Positions 7,816 through 17,282 of a stretch of 64,000 bases of DNA are shown in pieces. Source of the DNA: Vicinamibacteria bacterium (GTDB taxonomy: Bacteria; Acidobacteriota; Vicinamibacteria; Fen-336); contig DATMML010000037.1 of the NCBI GenBank assembly GCA_035570235.1, forward strand, positions 46,977 to 110,976, in the 5' to 3' direction. The notes beneath the pieces are model-generated. The model was not told where the DNA came from. It did not search any database and saw nothing but the letters and a program-made list of their open reading frames with translations. The position numbers and the translations under genes were made by a program. Every line of letters starts with the position of its first letter. The stretch's first letter is position 1.

Positions 7816-10443
7816 ATGCCCGTCCAGTTCGGCCTCAACGGCCAGATGCGTACGATCGAGCCCGAGCCGGGAGAATCCCTGCTCGACGTTTTGCGCGACC
7901 GCTGCGGCATCCACTCCGTCAAGGACGGCTGCCAACCCCAGGGACAGTGTGGCTGTTGCTTGGCCCTGGTCGACGGCAATCCCCTCGTCACCTGCGCGGT
8001 GGAGGCCCGCCGGGTGGCGGGCAAGCAGGTCCTGACCGTGGAAGGCCTCAGCGCCGAGGAGCGGCAGGCAACCGCGAGGGCGTTTGTGGCCGTGGGCGGC
8101 CTCCAATGCGGCTTCTGCATCCCCGGAATCGCCCTGAGGGCCAAGCACCTCCTGGATCGGCGGCCGGACCCCAGCCGGGAGGAGATCGCGCGCGCGATCG
8201 ACGGCCACCTCTGCCGTTGCACGGGCTATGTGAAGATCGTGGACGCGGTCGAGCTCATGGCCCGGACCCGCCGGGGGGAGCCGCTCCCCGAGCCGTGTGG
8301 GGGGCGGGTGGGGGAGTCCCTGGCGCGCTACCAGGGGTCGGACCTCGTCCTGGGGGAGCGGCCCTACGTGGCGGACATGACGCGGGAGGGCCTGCTTCAC
8401 GGCGCCCTCCTCCTCTCCGCCCACGCCCGCGCGCGCGTCGTCGGCCTGGACACCACCAAGGCACGGGCCGTGCCCGGGGTGCGCGCGATCGTCACCGCGG
8501 CCGACGTGCCCGGCGAGCGCTGGTACGGCCTGCTTTACGACGACTGGCCGGGCTTGGTGGCGGTGGGCGAGGAGGTGCGCTGCGTGGGCGACGTGCTCGC
8601 CGCGGTGGCGGCGGACGACGCGCGCACCGCCCGCCGCGCCGCGGCCCTCATCGAGGTGGACTACGAGCCCCTGCCCGCCGTCCTCGACCCGGAGGCGGCC
8701 CTGGCCGATGGCGCTCCCCGGGTGAATCCCAAACATGCGAACCTGCTCTCCCGCTCCGTGATCAGCCGGGGGGATGCCGAGGCCGCGCTGGCCGCGAGCG
8801 CGCACGTGGTGAGCGGCACCTGGCAGACCCAGCGCGTCGAGCACCTCTTCCTGGAGCCGGAGGCGGCGCTCGTGGAGCCGCGGCCGGGCGGAACCCTCGC
8901 CATGTACAGCCAGGGCCAGGGCGTCTTCGATGACCGGCGGCAGGTGGCCCGCTTCCTAGCGATGCCCGAGGAACGGCTCCTGGTCGAGCTGGTCCCGAAC
9001 GGGGGGGCCTTCGGAGGCAAGGAGGACATGTCGGTCCAGGCCCAGACCGCGCTATTGGCCCTGGTCTCCGGGCGCCCGGTCCTCTTGGTCCTCAACCGCG
9101 AGGAATCGATCCGCATCCACCCCAAGCGGCACCCGATCACCCTGCGCTACACGGTGGGCTGCAACGCGGAGGGGCGGCTCACCGCGGTCAAGGCCCGGAT
9201 CTTGGGCGACTCCGGGGCCTACGCCTCTGTGGGGGGCAAGGTCTTGGAGCGCGCGGCCGGCCATGCCTGCGGCCCCTACCGGGTCCCCAATGTGGACGTC
9301 GAGTCCATCGCCGCCTACACCAACAATCCGCCGTGCGGAGCCATGCGCGGCTTCGGGGCCAATCAATCCGCCTTCGCCATGGAGGGCTGCTTGGACCTTC
9401 TGGCCCAGAAGGCGGGGCTCGACGGCTGGGAGGTCCGCCGCCGCAACGTGGTCTCGTTGGGCGACCTCTCCACCACCGGCCAAGTGCTCGACAAGTCGGT
9501 GGGGATCGCCAAGACGCTGGAGGCGGTAAAGGGCATCTACTACGAAGCGCGGCAGGCGGGCCGGGCGGTGGGGATCGCCTGCGGGATGAAGAACAGCGGC
9601 ATCGGCAACGGGGTGGCGGAGTGGGGCAAGTGCCGCCTGGTCGTGGAGGAGGACGGCACCGTCTCCCTCTATAACGGCTACACGGAGATGGGCCAGGGGC
9701 TGCTCACGGTGCTCGTGCAGTTCGCGGTGGAGGTGACCGGCCTCTCCCCCTCCGTCTTCCGCCCCAAGGTGGACTCCACCTTTGCCCTGGGCTGCGGCCA
9801 GACTACCGGCTCCCGGGCCACACTCTTCGGAGGCCGGGCGGTGATGAGCGCGGCCCGCAAGCTGGAGGCGGACCTCAAAGGGGGTTTGACCCTCGCCGAC
9901 CTCAAGGGCCGGATCTACGCCGCGGACGAGGTCGTCTCCGACACCACCGCCCTGGGGGCTTCCGGGCCCAAGGTGAAGACCCACACCACCTACTCCTACG
10001 CCACCCAGGTCTGCGTCCTCGACGCCCAGGGCCGCGTCGAGCGCTTCGTGGCCGCGCACGACGTGGGCCGGGTAGTGAACCCCGCCCTCTGTCAGGGGCA
10101 GCTCGAGGGCTCGATCCATATGGGCCTGGGCTATGCCCTCACCGAGGAGCTGCCCTGCGAGGATGGGATGCCCGTCACCTTCAAGCTGCGCGAGATCGGG
10201 GTGCTGCGCGCGCGCGACATGCCGCGCACTGAGATCATCTTGATCGAGGAGCCGGAGCCGGAGGGGCCGCTGGGGGCCAAGGGCGTGGGCGAGATCGGCC
10301 TCGTGCCCACCGCGGGCGCGGTGGCGGGGGCGCTCGAGGCCTTCGACGGCAAGAGACGCTATCGCCTGCCCATGAAGGATTCCCCGGCCGCGCGGGCCAT
10401 GAGCGTGGGCCGTATCCGCCCCCGGAACGGAGGCGGGCGCTGA
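7816..10443 (+). CDS. molybdopterin-dependent hydroxylase of the xanthine dehydrogenase/aldehyde oxidoreductase family; fused N-terminal double [2Fe-2S] plus Mo-cofactor domains, no FAD domain (MOP/XdhD-like)
   Basis: 875 aa. N-terminus CQPQGQCGCC...GLQCGFCIPG...CRCTGY matches the two 2Fe-2S clusters. The remainder is a typical large Mo-binding subunit. Confidence 0.8.
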   Translation: MPVQFGLNGQMRTIEPEPGESLLDVLRDRCGIHSVKDGCQPQGQCGCCLALVDGNPLVTCAVEARRVAGKQVLTVEGLSAEERQATARAFVAVGGLQCGFCIPGIALRAKHLLDRRPDPSREEIARAIDGHLCRCTGYVKIVDAVELMARTRRGEPLPEPCGGRVGESLARYQGSDLVLGERPYVADMTREGLLHGALLLSAHARARVVGLDTTKARAVPGVRAIVTAADVPGERWYGLLYDDWPGLVAVGEEVRCVGDVLAAVAADDARTARRAAALIEVDYEPLPAVLDPEAALADGAPRVNPKHANLLSRSVISRGDAEAALAASAHVVSGTWQTQRVEHLFLEPEAALVEPRPGGTLAMYSQGQGVFDDRRQVARFLAMPEERLLVELVPNGGAFGGKEDMSVQAQTALLALVSGRPVLLVLNREESIRIHPKRHPITLRYTVGCNAEGRLTAVKARILGDSGAYASVGGKVLERAAGHACGPYRVPNVDVESIAAYTNNPPCGAMRGFGANQSAFAMEGCLDLLAQKAGLDGWEVRRRNVVSLGDLSTTGQVLDKSVGIAKTLEAVKGIYYEARQAGRAVGIACGMKNSGIGNGVAEWGKCRLVVEEDGTVSLYNGYTEMGQGLLTVLVQFAVEVTGLSPSVFRPKVDSTFALGCGQTTGSRATLFGGRAVMSAARKLEADLKGGLTLADLKGRIYAADEVVSDTTALGASGPKVKTHTTYSYATQVCVLDAQGRVERFVAAHDVGRVVNPALCQGQLEGSIHMGLGYALTEELPCEDGMPVTFKLREIGVLRARDMPRTEIILIEEPEPEGPLGAKGVGEIGLVPTAGAVAGALEAFDGKRRYRLPMKDSPAARAMSVGRIRPRNGGGR

Positions 10444-10502
10444 GCCCGCCGGCCTCCCCGAAGCCAGCCGAAACGCCGGCCCGGGACCAGGCGGAGGATC
10501 CC

Positions 10503-11621
10503 ATGGAGACGCCCCTGCCCGAGGTCGTCCGCGCCTATGACGCGGACGCGCCCTTGGAGCGAGCCCTCACCATCCCCGCTCCCTGGTACGTGGACCCCCG
10601 GGTCGCAGACCTCGAGCGGCGGGCCGTCTTTGGCGCGCATTGGCAGATGGCGGCCCGGGCAGACCAGCTCGGGGAGACCGGACAGTACGTGACCACGGAG
10701 GTGGGAGGAGAGCCGGTGGTGGTAGTGCGCGGAGGCGACGGCGTGCTCCGGGGCTTCTTCAACGTCTGCCGTCACCACGCGGCCGCGGTCATGACCGAGC
10801 CGGAGGGCCAGGCCGGCGTCCTGCGCTGCCCCTACCACGGGTGGACCTACTCCCTGGAGGGCGCGCTCCGGGGGGTGCCCGATTTCGACGGCGTCTGCGA
10901 GTTCGACCGCGCCCAGAACGGGCTCCTGCCCCTGGCCGTGGACACCTGGGAGGGATTCGTGTTCGTGAAGCTGGAGAGAGGTGGCCCCTCCCTGAAGGAG
11001 CACCTCGGGGGAATGGCCGACCTCGCGGCGCCCCTGGGCCTGGGCGGGCTCACCTTCGTGGAACGACGGGTCTACACGTTCAACTGCAACTGGAAGGTTT
11101 TCGTTGACAACTACCTGGACGGCGGTTACCACATCCCCCACCTCCACAAGGGGCTGAACAGCGTGCTCGAGTACAAGGACTACACCATCGAGACCGGCGA
11201 GCGCTTCTGCCTGCAGTCGAGCCCCCTGTCCGCGGGCGACGACAAGGCGGTGGCCGCGGTGCGGCGGGGCGAGAGGGCCCTGTATTTCTGGCTCCATCCC
11301 AACTTCATGCTGAACTGGTACGAGGGAGTGATGGACACCAACCTCGTACTGGCCCGGGGCCTCGACCGAACTCTGGTGGTTTTCGACTTCTACTTCGCCG
11401 ACGTCTCGAAAGCCGCGGCGGAGCGGAACCGGAGGAGCATCGAGGTGGGCCAGGCTATCCAGGACGAGGACCAGGCGATTTGCGAGTCAGTGCAGCGCGG
11501 GCTCCGCTCGCGCGCCTACGGGGCCGGCCGCCTCTCTCTGCGGCGCGAGGCAGGCGAACACCTCTTCCACCGCCTCCTCGCCGCCGACCTTCGGGCGGGG
11601 CTTCCGGGTAGCCGGACGTGA
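10503..11621 (+). CDS. Rieske [2Fe-2S] non-haem-iron oxygenase alpha subunit
   Basis: CRHH...CPYHGW Rieske motif, then a catalytic domain with NCNWK...DNYLDGGYH. 372 aa. Confidence 0.8.
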   Translation: METPLPEVVRAYDADAPLERALTIPAPWYVDPRVADLERRAVFGAHWQMAARADQLGETGQYVTTEVGGEPVVVVRGGDGVLRGFFNVCRHHAAAVMTEPEGQAGVLRCPYHGWTYSLEGALRGVPDFDGVCEFDRAQNGLLPLAVDTWEGFVFVKLERGGPSLKEHLGGMADLAAPLGLGGLTFVERRVYTFNCNWKVFVDNYLDGGYHIPHLHKGLNSVLEYKDYTIETGERFCLQSSPLSAGDDKAVAAVRRGERALYFWLHPNFMLNWYEGVMDTNLVLARGLDRTLVVFDFYFADVSKAAAERNRRSIEVGQAIQDEDQAICESVQRGLRSRAYGAGRLSLRREAGEHLFHRLLAADLRAGLPGSRT

Positions 11622-12367
11622 CAGGCGCAGAACGTCGCCAGTCGATCCGAATGGGGCTGGCCCTGCCCATGCGGGTGCAAGGCTTCGAAGCCGACGGGAG
11701 CACCTGGGAGGAGGCCACCACCACGGACGACATCTCCGAAGGCGGCTGCTCCTTCCCCGTCTCCCGCAAGGTGGAGTTGGGCCAGGTCCTCCTCCTGGTC
11801 ATTCCCCTCCCCAAGCGGCTTCGTCAGTACGACCCTAACGAGAGCGCCTACCGGGTGTACGCCCTCGTCCGGGGCCTGGTCTACCGGCCCGACCACCCCC
11901 GGGTGGGGGTGATGTTCTTCGGCAAGTACCCCCCCCGGGGCTTCGAGGAGCAGCCGACTCTGCGCTACCGACTGCCCTCCGACCCCCCGCCGAATCCGGA
12001 CGCCCCCGACTGGCCCGCGCCCGACGGGCCGGCTCCCCCTCCCGCCCCGGGGGCCACCGCCTCCGAGCGCCGCTCCTCCGCCCGCTACCACCGCCTGGTC
12101 GATTTCACCCTGCAGCAGGTGGACGAGTGGGGCACGGTGTTGCAGGAGGAGCTGACCGTGGCCGACAACCTGGCCAAGGGCGGAGCCCACGTGCTGACCT
12201 CCCTGGAATTCATGAAGGGGGACGTCGTCCTCTTGCGGCAAGCGGGCGGGGACTTCGACACCCGGGCCGAGGTGCGCGAGGTGGTCAGAGGCGAGGACGG
12301 GCTGCGCCGCCTGCACTTGAAGTTCCTGGACCGCGAGGCCCCCGACGGGTTGCTCCGGCCGCTCTGA
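11618..12367 (+). CDS. tandem PilZ-domain protein (c-di-GMP receptor-like)
   Basis: Two RxxxR plus D-x-S/A-x-G-G motif pairs (ERRQSIR/DDISEGG and ERRSSAR/DNLAKGG). GTG start overlaps the Rieske stop (GTGA). Confidence 0.6.
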   Translation: MTGAERRQSIRMGLALPMRVQGFEADGSTWEEATTTDDISEGGCSFPVSRKVELGQVLLLVIPLPKRLRQYDPNESAYRVYALVRGLVYRPDHPRVGVMFFGKYPPRGFEEQPTLRYRLPSDPPPNPDAPDWPAPDGPAPPPAPGATASERRSSARYHRLVDFTLQQVDEWGTVLQEELTVADNLAKGGAHVLTSLEFMKGDVVLLRQAGGDFDTRAEVREVVRGEDGLRRLHLKFLDREAPDGLLRPL

Positions 12368-12376
12368 CCGCGCGCT

Positions 12377-13498
12377 TCAGATCATGGCTTCCCGGCGTAC
12401 GGTGTCGCGCCGGGAGCGGTAGAAGGCCACCAGCCGGGGCACGTACTCCTCGAGGGGCGGGCACCGCACGCCGAGGGCCCCCAGGTCCCGGGTGGCCTCG
12501 GTCGCGTCGTGGCGCACGTCGTCGTCGAAGTACTCCAGGGCCTCGACCGGCATCCCGAAGAACCTCTGCACGACCGAGGGCCGGAACAAGAGGCGGGCCA
12601 GCCCCAGGGGCACGGGCACGTAGACGAACGTCTTGCCGAGAGCCCGGGCGAATATCTCGCTGAGCTCCCGGGCGGAGTGCGGATCAGGGTCGGTCAGGTG
12701 GTAGGTCTTGCCCTCGCTCATGGGCGCCGTGGAGAGGCGGGCCAGCGCTTCCACCACGAAATCCACGGGAACCACGTTCACGGTGCCGCGGCCGCGGCCC
12801 AGGCGGATGAAGGCGCCGGGGGAGGGCATCCTTTCCATAGCCCGCAGGACGAAGTAGGGACCATCGAACTTGCCCGTCTCCCCGGTGCGGGAATCCCCCA
12901 CCACCACCCCCGGCCGGTAGATGGTGCGGGGCACCCGGCTCCGCACCACCTCCACCTCGGCCTGGAACTTCGTCTCCTCGTAATGGTTCTTGAAGCCCTG
13001 ACCCACGTCCAGGTCCGACTCCCGGAAAATCCCCTTGGCCCGGCCGGAAACGTAGGCGGTGGAGACGTAGTGCAGGCGGGAGAAACGCGGGGCCTCCTGC
13101 AGGAACTCGAGGACGTTGCGGGTCCCCTCCACGTTGATGCGGCGGGCCACCTCCCGCGAGACCGCGAGGTCGTACACCGCGGCCAGGTGGTAGGCCTCGC
13201 GAAGGCGCCCCGGAAGGTCCCGGGCCGGGCCCGGATCCAGGCCCAGGCCTGGCCGGGTGATGTCTCCCCGCACCAGCCCGAGCCGGCCCTTTGTGCGGGG
13301 ATGGGCGTCCGCGATGGCCCGGACCGCGGCCCCCGCCGGCTCGAGGAACTTCTCCTGCACCAGGCACTCGATCCGGGCCCGGGGCCTGAGCTCCAAGATC
13401 CGGGGCAGGAGGCGCAGGCCGATGAAGCCCGGGAAGCCGGTGAAGAGGATGGTCTCCGCCTCCTCCTGCTCTCGGTCGGGGCCGGTCGGCGGGGGCAT
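12377..13498 (-). CDS. SDR-family NAD(P)-dependent epimerase/dehydratase or acyl-reductase-like
   Basis: TGFPGFIG Rossmann motif, YxxxK-like region. 373 aa. Confidence 0.7.
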   Translation of the reverse strand: MPPPTGPDREQEEAETILFTGFPGFIGLRLLPRILELRPRARIECLVQEKFLEPAGAAVRAIADAHPRTKGRLGLVRGDITRPGLGLDPGPARDLPGRLREAYHLAAVYDLAVSREVARRINVEGTRNVLEFLQEAPRFSRLHYVSTAYVSGRAKGIFRESDLDVGQGFKNHYEETKFQAEVEVVRSRVPRTIYRPGVVVGDSRTGETGKFDGPYFVLRAMERMPSPGAFIRLGRGRGTVNVVPVDFVVEALARLSTAPMSEGKTYHLTDPDPHSARELSEIFARALGKTFVYVPVPLGLARLLFRPSVVQRFFGMPVEALEYFDDDVRHDATEATRDLGALGVRCPPLEEYVPRLVAFYRSRRDTVRREAMI

Positions 13499-13576
13499 CG
13501 GCCCTTATCCTATCCCCGGCCGCACGCCAACCCGGGAGGCGCCTTCAATCCGCCTCGACCTCCGCGGGGCGGATCG

Positions 13577-14683
13577 CTAGCCCTGCTTCCGCCGGAACTC
13601 GGACATGAACTGCGCCAGGGCCTCGACCGAGGCCAGGGGCAGGGCGTTGTAGAGCGAGGCCCGCAGGCCGCCCACGGAGCGATGGCCCTTCAGCCCGTCG
13701 AGGCCCTCCTCTGCCGCCTTCGTCAAGAACGCTCGCTCCGCATCCGTGGAGGGGAGTCGGAAGGTCACGTTCATGCGCGAGCGGCTGGGGACCTGGGAGT
13801 GCCCGCGGTAGAACCCGCCGCTCTCGTCGATGGCGCGGTAGACGAGGGCGGCCTTGGCCTCGTTGCGCCGGGCCGCGGCGGGGAGGCCCCCCTCCGCCCG
13901 CAGCCAGCCCAGGACCAGCCCCGCCACGTAGATGGCGAATGCGGGGGGGGTGTTGTAAAGCGACTTGTGCTCGTCCAGCAGCCGGTAGTCAAGGAGGGCG
14001 GGGAGGCGGGGGGGCGTGCGGGAGAGAAGGTCGCGGCGGATCATCACCACCGTGACGCCCGCGGGGCCGAGGTTCTTCTGGGCCCCCGCGTAGATCGCCC
14101 CGTATCGTCCCACCTCGAGGGGCCGACTCAGAAAATCGGAGGAGGCGTCGCAGGCGAGGGGCACGCCCGGAGGGGGAGCGGGCTCGGAAGACCACTGGGT
14201 GCCGTAGATCGTGTTGTTGGACGTGAAGTGGAGGTAAGCGGCCTGGGGATCGAGGCGCATCTCCTCCGCGGCGGGGATGCGGTCGAACTGGGTGGCCTCC
14301 GTGGAGGCGGCCACGCGCACGCGGCCCAGCTTCTCCGCCTCCTTGAGCGCGCCCTGGGACCAGTGGCCGGTAAGGATGTAGTCCGCGGAGGCGCCCGCGG
14401 GCCTCAGGTTCATGGGCAGCATCGCGAACTGCAGGGTGGCCCCTCCCTGCAGGAACAGCACCGCGTAGTCGGCGGGGATCCCCAGCAGCCCCCGCAAATC
14501 GGCCTCCGCCCCCGCGATGATCTCCTCGAACCAGGCCGAGCGATGGCTCATCTCCATCACGGACATGCCGCTGCCCGCGTGGTTCAGGAGGTCGGCGCGG
14601 ACCCGCTCCAGAACGGGCACGGGCAGGGCCCCCGGGCCGGCGGAGAAGTTGTGGACGCGAAGGGCGGTCTGGGTAGCGGTCAT
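13577..14683 (-). CDS. serC: phosphoserine aminotransferase
   Basis: NFSAGP N-terminus and YAGAQKN PLP-lysine motif. Full-length class V aminotransferase. Confidence 0.85.
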   Translation of the reverse strand: MTATQTALRVHNFSAGPGALPVPVLERVRADLLNHAGSGMSVMEMSHRSAWFEEIIAGAEADLRGLLGIPADYAVLFLQGGATLQFAMLPMNLRPAGASADYILTGHWSQGALKEAEKLGRVRVAASTEATQFDRIPAAEEMRLDPQAAYLHFTSNNTIYGTQWSSEPAPPPGVPLACDASSDFLSRPLEVGRYGAIYAGAQKNLGPAGVTVVMIRRDLLSRTPPRLPALLDYRLLDEHKSLYNTPPAFAIYVAGLVLGWLRAEGGLPAAARRNEAKAALVYRAIDESGGFYRGHSQVPSRSRMNVTFRLPSTDAERAFLTKAAEEGLDGLKGHRSVGGLRASLYNALPLASVEALAQFMSEFRRKQG

Positions 14684-14863
14684 CGACCCATTGTCGCATG
14701 CCCGGTCGCCGTCCCCCCCCCGCCCCCCCGGACAATTTTTTGGACGAAACCTTTAGCCCTCGGGGAACGTCTCATTCCCACAAAGGGGGTCCGTCCGGGC
14801 TCTTCTAGCCCACCGCGGACCGGCCCGCGCTTTAAGAGGGGAACCAGCACCGGGGGACCATTG

Positions 14864-15085
14864 ATGGCAGAGGCTCAGAAGATGGACGCGCCGGGGCCCA
14901 ACCTGAAGGAACGGCTCGAGGCTTACGAAAGGGAGTTGATCGAGTCCGCCCTGATCGCGACCGCGGGCAACCAGCGCCAGGCGGCGGCCCGTCTCGGCCT
15001 GTTGCCCACCACCCTGCACGAGAAAATGAAACGGCTGGGATTGCGCCCCGGTGTCCGCGCGGCGATCCAAGCCCGGGCCAGCTGA
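14864..15085 (+). CDS. Fis-family helix-turn-helix DNA-binding protein (74 aa)
   Basis: C-terminal HTH (AGNQRQAAARLGLLPTTLHEKMKRLGL). ATG is preceded by aagaggggaa. Reading frame is embedded in the artefactual 12509..15085 ORF. Confidence 0.5.
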   Translation: MAEAQKMDAPGPNLKERLEAYERELIESALIATAGNQRQAAARLGLLPTTLHEKMKRLGLRPGVRAAIQARAS

Positions 15086-15104
15086 AGGAGGCCGCAGCCG
15101 CGGC

Positions 15105-16562
15105 CTAGTCGCCCACCCCCGGCCGTTCCGGGGCCGCCCGGTCCCGCCTCTTTTCGTCCAGCCGGCGGCACCCCTCAAGGAGGACCTGGCTGAAGGTCTG
15201 CCCGAGGGGTTGGCCGGGGCCGGGGTCGCCGGGAGCGAAGGAGAAGTGGCCTTCGCTGCAGGACACGAACTCGAAAACGGCGTCGGGGCCCGCGAGCGTG
15301 CCCGCTCTCGCCCCCACGATCTCGCCGTCGCGGAAGCTCACCTCTAGCCGCCGGTCCTCCGAACCCACGCTGAGCAGCCCGGTGAGTCGGCTCAAGTGGC
15401 ACATCTGCAGGAGCCCGGGCGTGCCGATCACTTCCAGGCGTCCCTCCATGACCGGGCCCCGCCCGGCCGCGGGGCCGAGGTCGGAGTAACGCTTGAGGAC
15501 GATCTGGATGCGGATGAGCAGCTCCCGGACGGGAGTGTCCTTGGAGAGGTACTCGTCGGCCCCCGCCTCCAGGCCGCGGTTCCGGTCCCGGTACTCGTCC
15601 CAACCGGAGAGGAAGATGAGGGGGGTGTGGCGCAGGAGGCTGTGCCCGCGCAGCCGGCGGCAGAACTCGATGCCGTCCACCCCGGGCATGGCCACGTCGG
15701 TGAGGACGAGCCAGGGACGCTTCTCCAGGGCCACCCGCAGGCCCTCCTCGCCATTGCCCGCCTCGTGGACGGTGAAGCCCCTCCGGGTGAGCGCATCCTT
15801 CAGGAACGTGCGGAAGATCCGGTTGTCGTCGACGACCAGGACCGTGCGCAGGGCCTCGGGAAGGGAATCCAGCTCGGGGAGGGCAGTCGGATCGCCGGGA
15901 AGACGGAGGGGGTTGTGGGAGGCGATCTGCTCGCGCTCGAGGTCCAGCTCCTGGAACTGGGCGCGCGCGTTCGCGCCGGTCTCGGGAGGGATCGTGCTCT
16001 CCAGCACCCGCCCGTCCTGGATCAGGGCCCGGCCCTCGCCCCCCTCGTGGGTGACGGTGAGCACGCCGCTGCGCGACTCGCGCCTCACCTGTTCGAGCAG
16101 GCCCGGAACCGCCTCCCCGCCCTCCTCCCGAACGCCCGACCGCTCGTGCCGGCCCCCGAGGACCCGCTCTACCTTGCGCAGGAGGATCTCGCGGGTGAAC
16201 GGTTTGGTCACGTAGTCCACCACGCCGAAGCGGAAGGCCCGCACGCGCTCGCCAAAGTCCTTGTGGGCGGTCACGAAGACGACCGGGCAGCGGGCGGTCG
16301 TGGGGTCGGACTGGAGGGCCTTGAGCACGCCGTAGCCGTCCAAGCCGGGCATGGCGATGTCGCACAGGACGAGGTCGGGGGGATCCGGGCGCGCCAGCTC
16401 CAGGGCGCGGGTGGGCTCGCCCGTCGAGAGCACCGAGTAGCCCGCAGAGCGGAGGATGGTCTCGACCAGGAGCCGGATCTGCGGCTCGTCTTCAACCACC
16501 AGGATCTTGGCGGCGGTCTGGCCTGCCAAAGCGTCTCCTCCGATCCCAAGATTATCGCGCAA
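15105..16562 (-). CDS. response regulator with two REC domains and C-terminal DUF4388 domain
   Basis: Two receiver domains (KILVVEDE...D...K and TVLVVDDN...D...K), then a DUF4388-like C-terminus. Confidence 0.7.
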   Translation of the reverse strand: MRDNLGIGGDALAGQTAAKILVVEDEPQIRLLVETILRSAGYSVLSTGEPTRALELARPDPPDLVLCDIAMPGLDGYGVLKALQSDPTTARCPVVFVTAHKDFGERVRAFRFGVVDYVTKPFTREILLRKVERVLGGRHERSGVREEGGEAVPGLLEQVRRESRSGVLTVTHEGGEGRALIQDGRVLESTIPPETGANARAQFQELDLEREQIASHNPLRLPGDPTALPELDSLPEALRTVLVVDDNRIFRTFLKDALTRRGFTVHEAGNGEEGLRVALEKRPWLVLTDVAMPGVDGIEFCRRLRGHSLLRHTPLIFLSGWDEYRDRNRGLEAGADEYLSKDTPVRELLIRIQIVLKRYSDLGPAAGRGPVMEGRLEVIGTPGLLQMCHLSRLTGLLSVGSEDRRLEVSFRDGEIVGARAGTLAGPDAVFEFVSCSEGHFSFAPGDPGPGQPLGQTFSQVLLEGCRRLDEKRRDRAAPERPGVGD

Positions 16563-16586
16563 CAGAGGCTCCGGGACGCGCTCTCC

Positions 16587-17180
16587 TCAGGGGCCGATGC
16601 GGCCGTCCCAAGAACGATCGCCATCGGTAAGGATGAGGCGGGCCCCCGGCCGCAGGGTCACCTGGGCGCCGGAGAGGCGCACCTCCACCCATTCGCCCCG
16701 CACCGAGACCCGGTCCGGGGTGGCCGCATCGTCGCCCCGCCACAGGCTGCGGCGGCGACCGTCGGGGCTAAGGGAGGCCAGGAACGCGGTGACCAGAGCC
16801 TGGGCGGGAAGGTTCTCGTCCTTGTCCGCCCCCAGGGCCACCACCCCGACCTCCAGGCGGTAGTCCGCGCCCGTGCGCAGGTCGCGTGGTCCCTGGTCGA
16901 GGCCGGTTGCCCGATCCCCGTCCGCGTCCAGGTAAAGAACCGCGCGGAGCCGGCCGGAGACGGGCTCGCCGGTCGGCAGGTAGAGGGCTTCCTGCACCGG
17001 GCGGTCCAGGGTCAGGCGCAGCACGAGGTCGCCCCGGTCGAGGGCGGCGTGCACCTCCACGATGCGGGCCTCGGGTCCCCGCTCCCCCTCCGCCTCGGTG
17101 GCGATCACGGGCGGCCGCGCCCCCCAGTAGAAGAGGGGTCGGCCCAGAGCGAAAGCGAGCAAGAGCACGGGGAGCAGCAC
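16587..17180 (-). CDS. hypothetical secreted protein
   Basis: 197-aa ORF with an N-terminal signal-peptide-like segment (MLLPVLLLAFALG). Protein-like composition. Confidence 0.4.
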   Translation of the reverse strand: MLLPVLLLAFALGRPLFYWGARPPVIATEAEGERGPEARIVEVHAALDRGDLVLRLTLDRPVQEALYLPTGEPVSGRLRAVLYLDADGDRATGLDQGPRDLRTGADYRLEVGVVALGADKDENLPAQALVTAFLASLSPDGRRRSLWRGDDAATPDRVSVRGEWVEVRLSGAQVTLRPGARLILTDGDRSWDGRIGP

Positions 17181-17282
17181 GGTGGCAGAAGCCTAGCACA
17201 GCGGGTGGGGCGTGCTATCCTCACCGGCCGTGCCCATCGCTGCCGACGGAAACCGTCTCTCGCCCCCTCCCCGGCGGCGGCC

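Noticed and set aside
16562-16589. In-frame TGA between the secreted hypothetical protein (16587..17180) and the downstream response-regulator ORF, 24 nt apart in the same frame
   Set aside because: Readthrough would fuse a signal-peptide protein to a cytoplasmic receiver domain. There is no SECIS-like hairpin after this TGA. The regulator has its own plausible TTG start. I treat it as coincidence.
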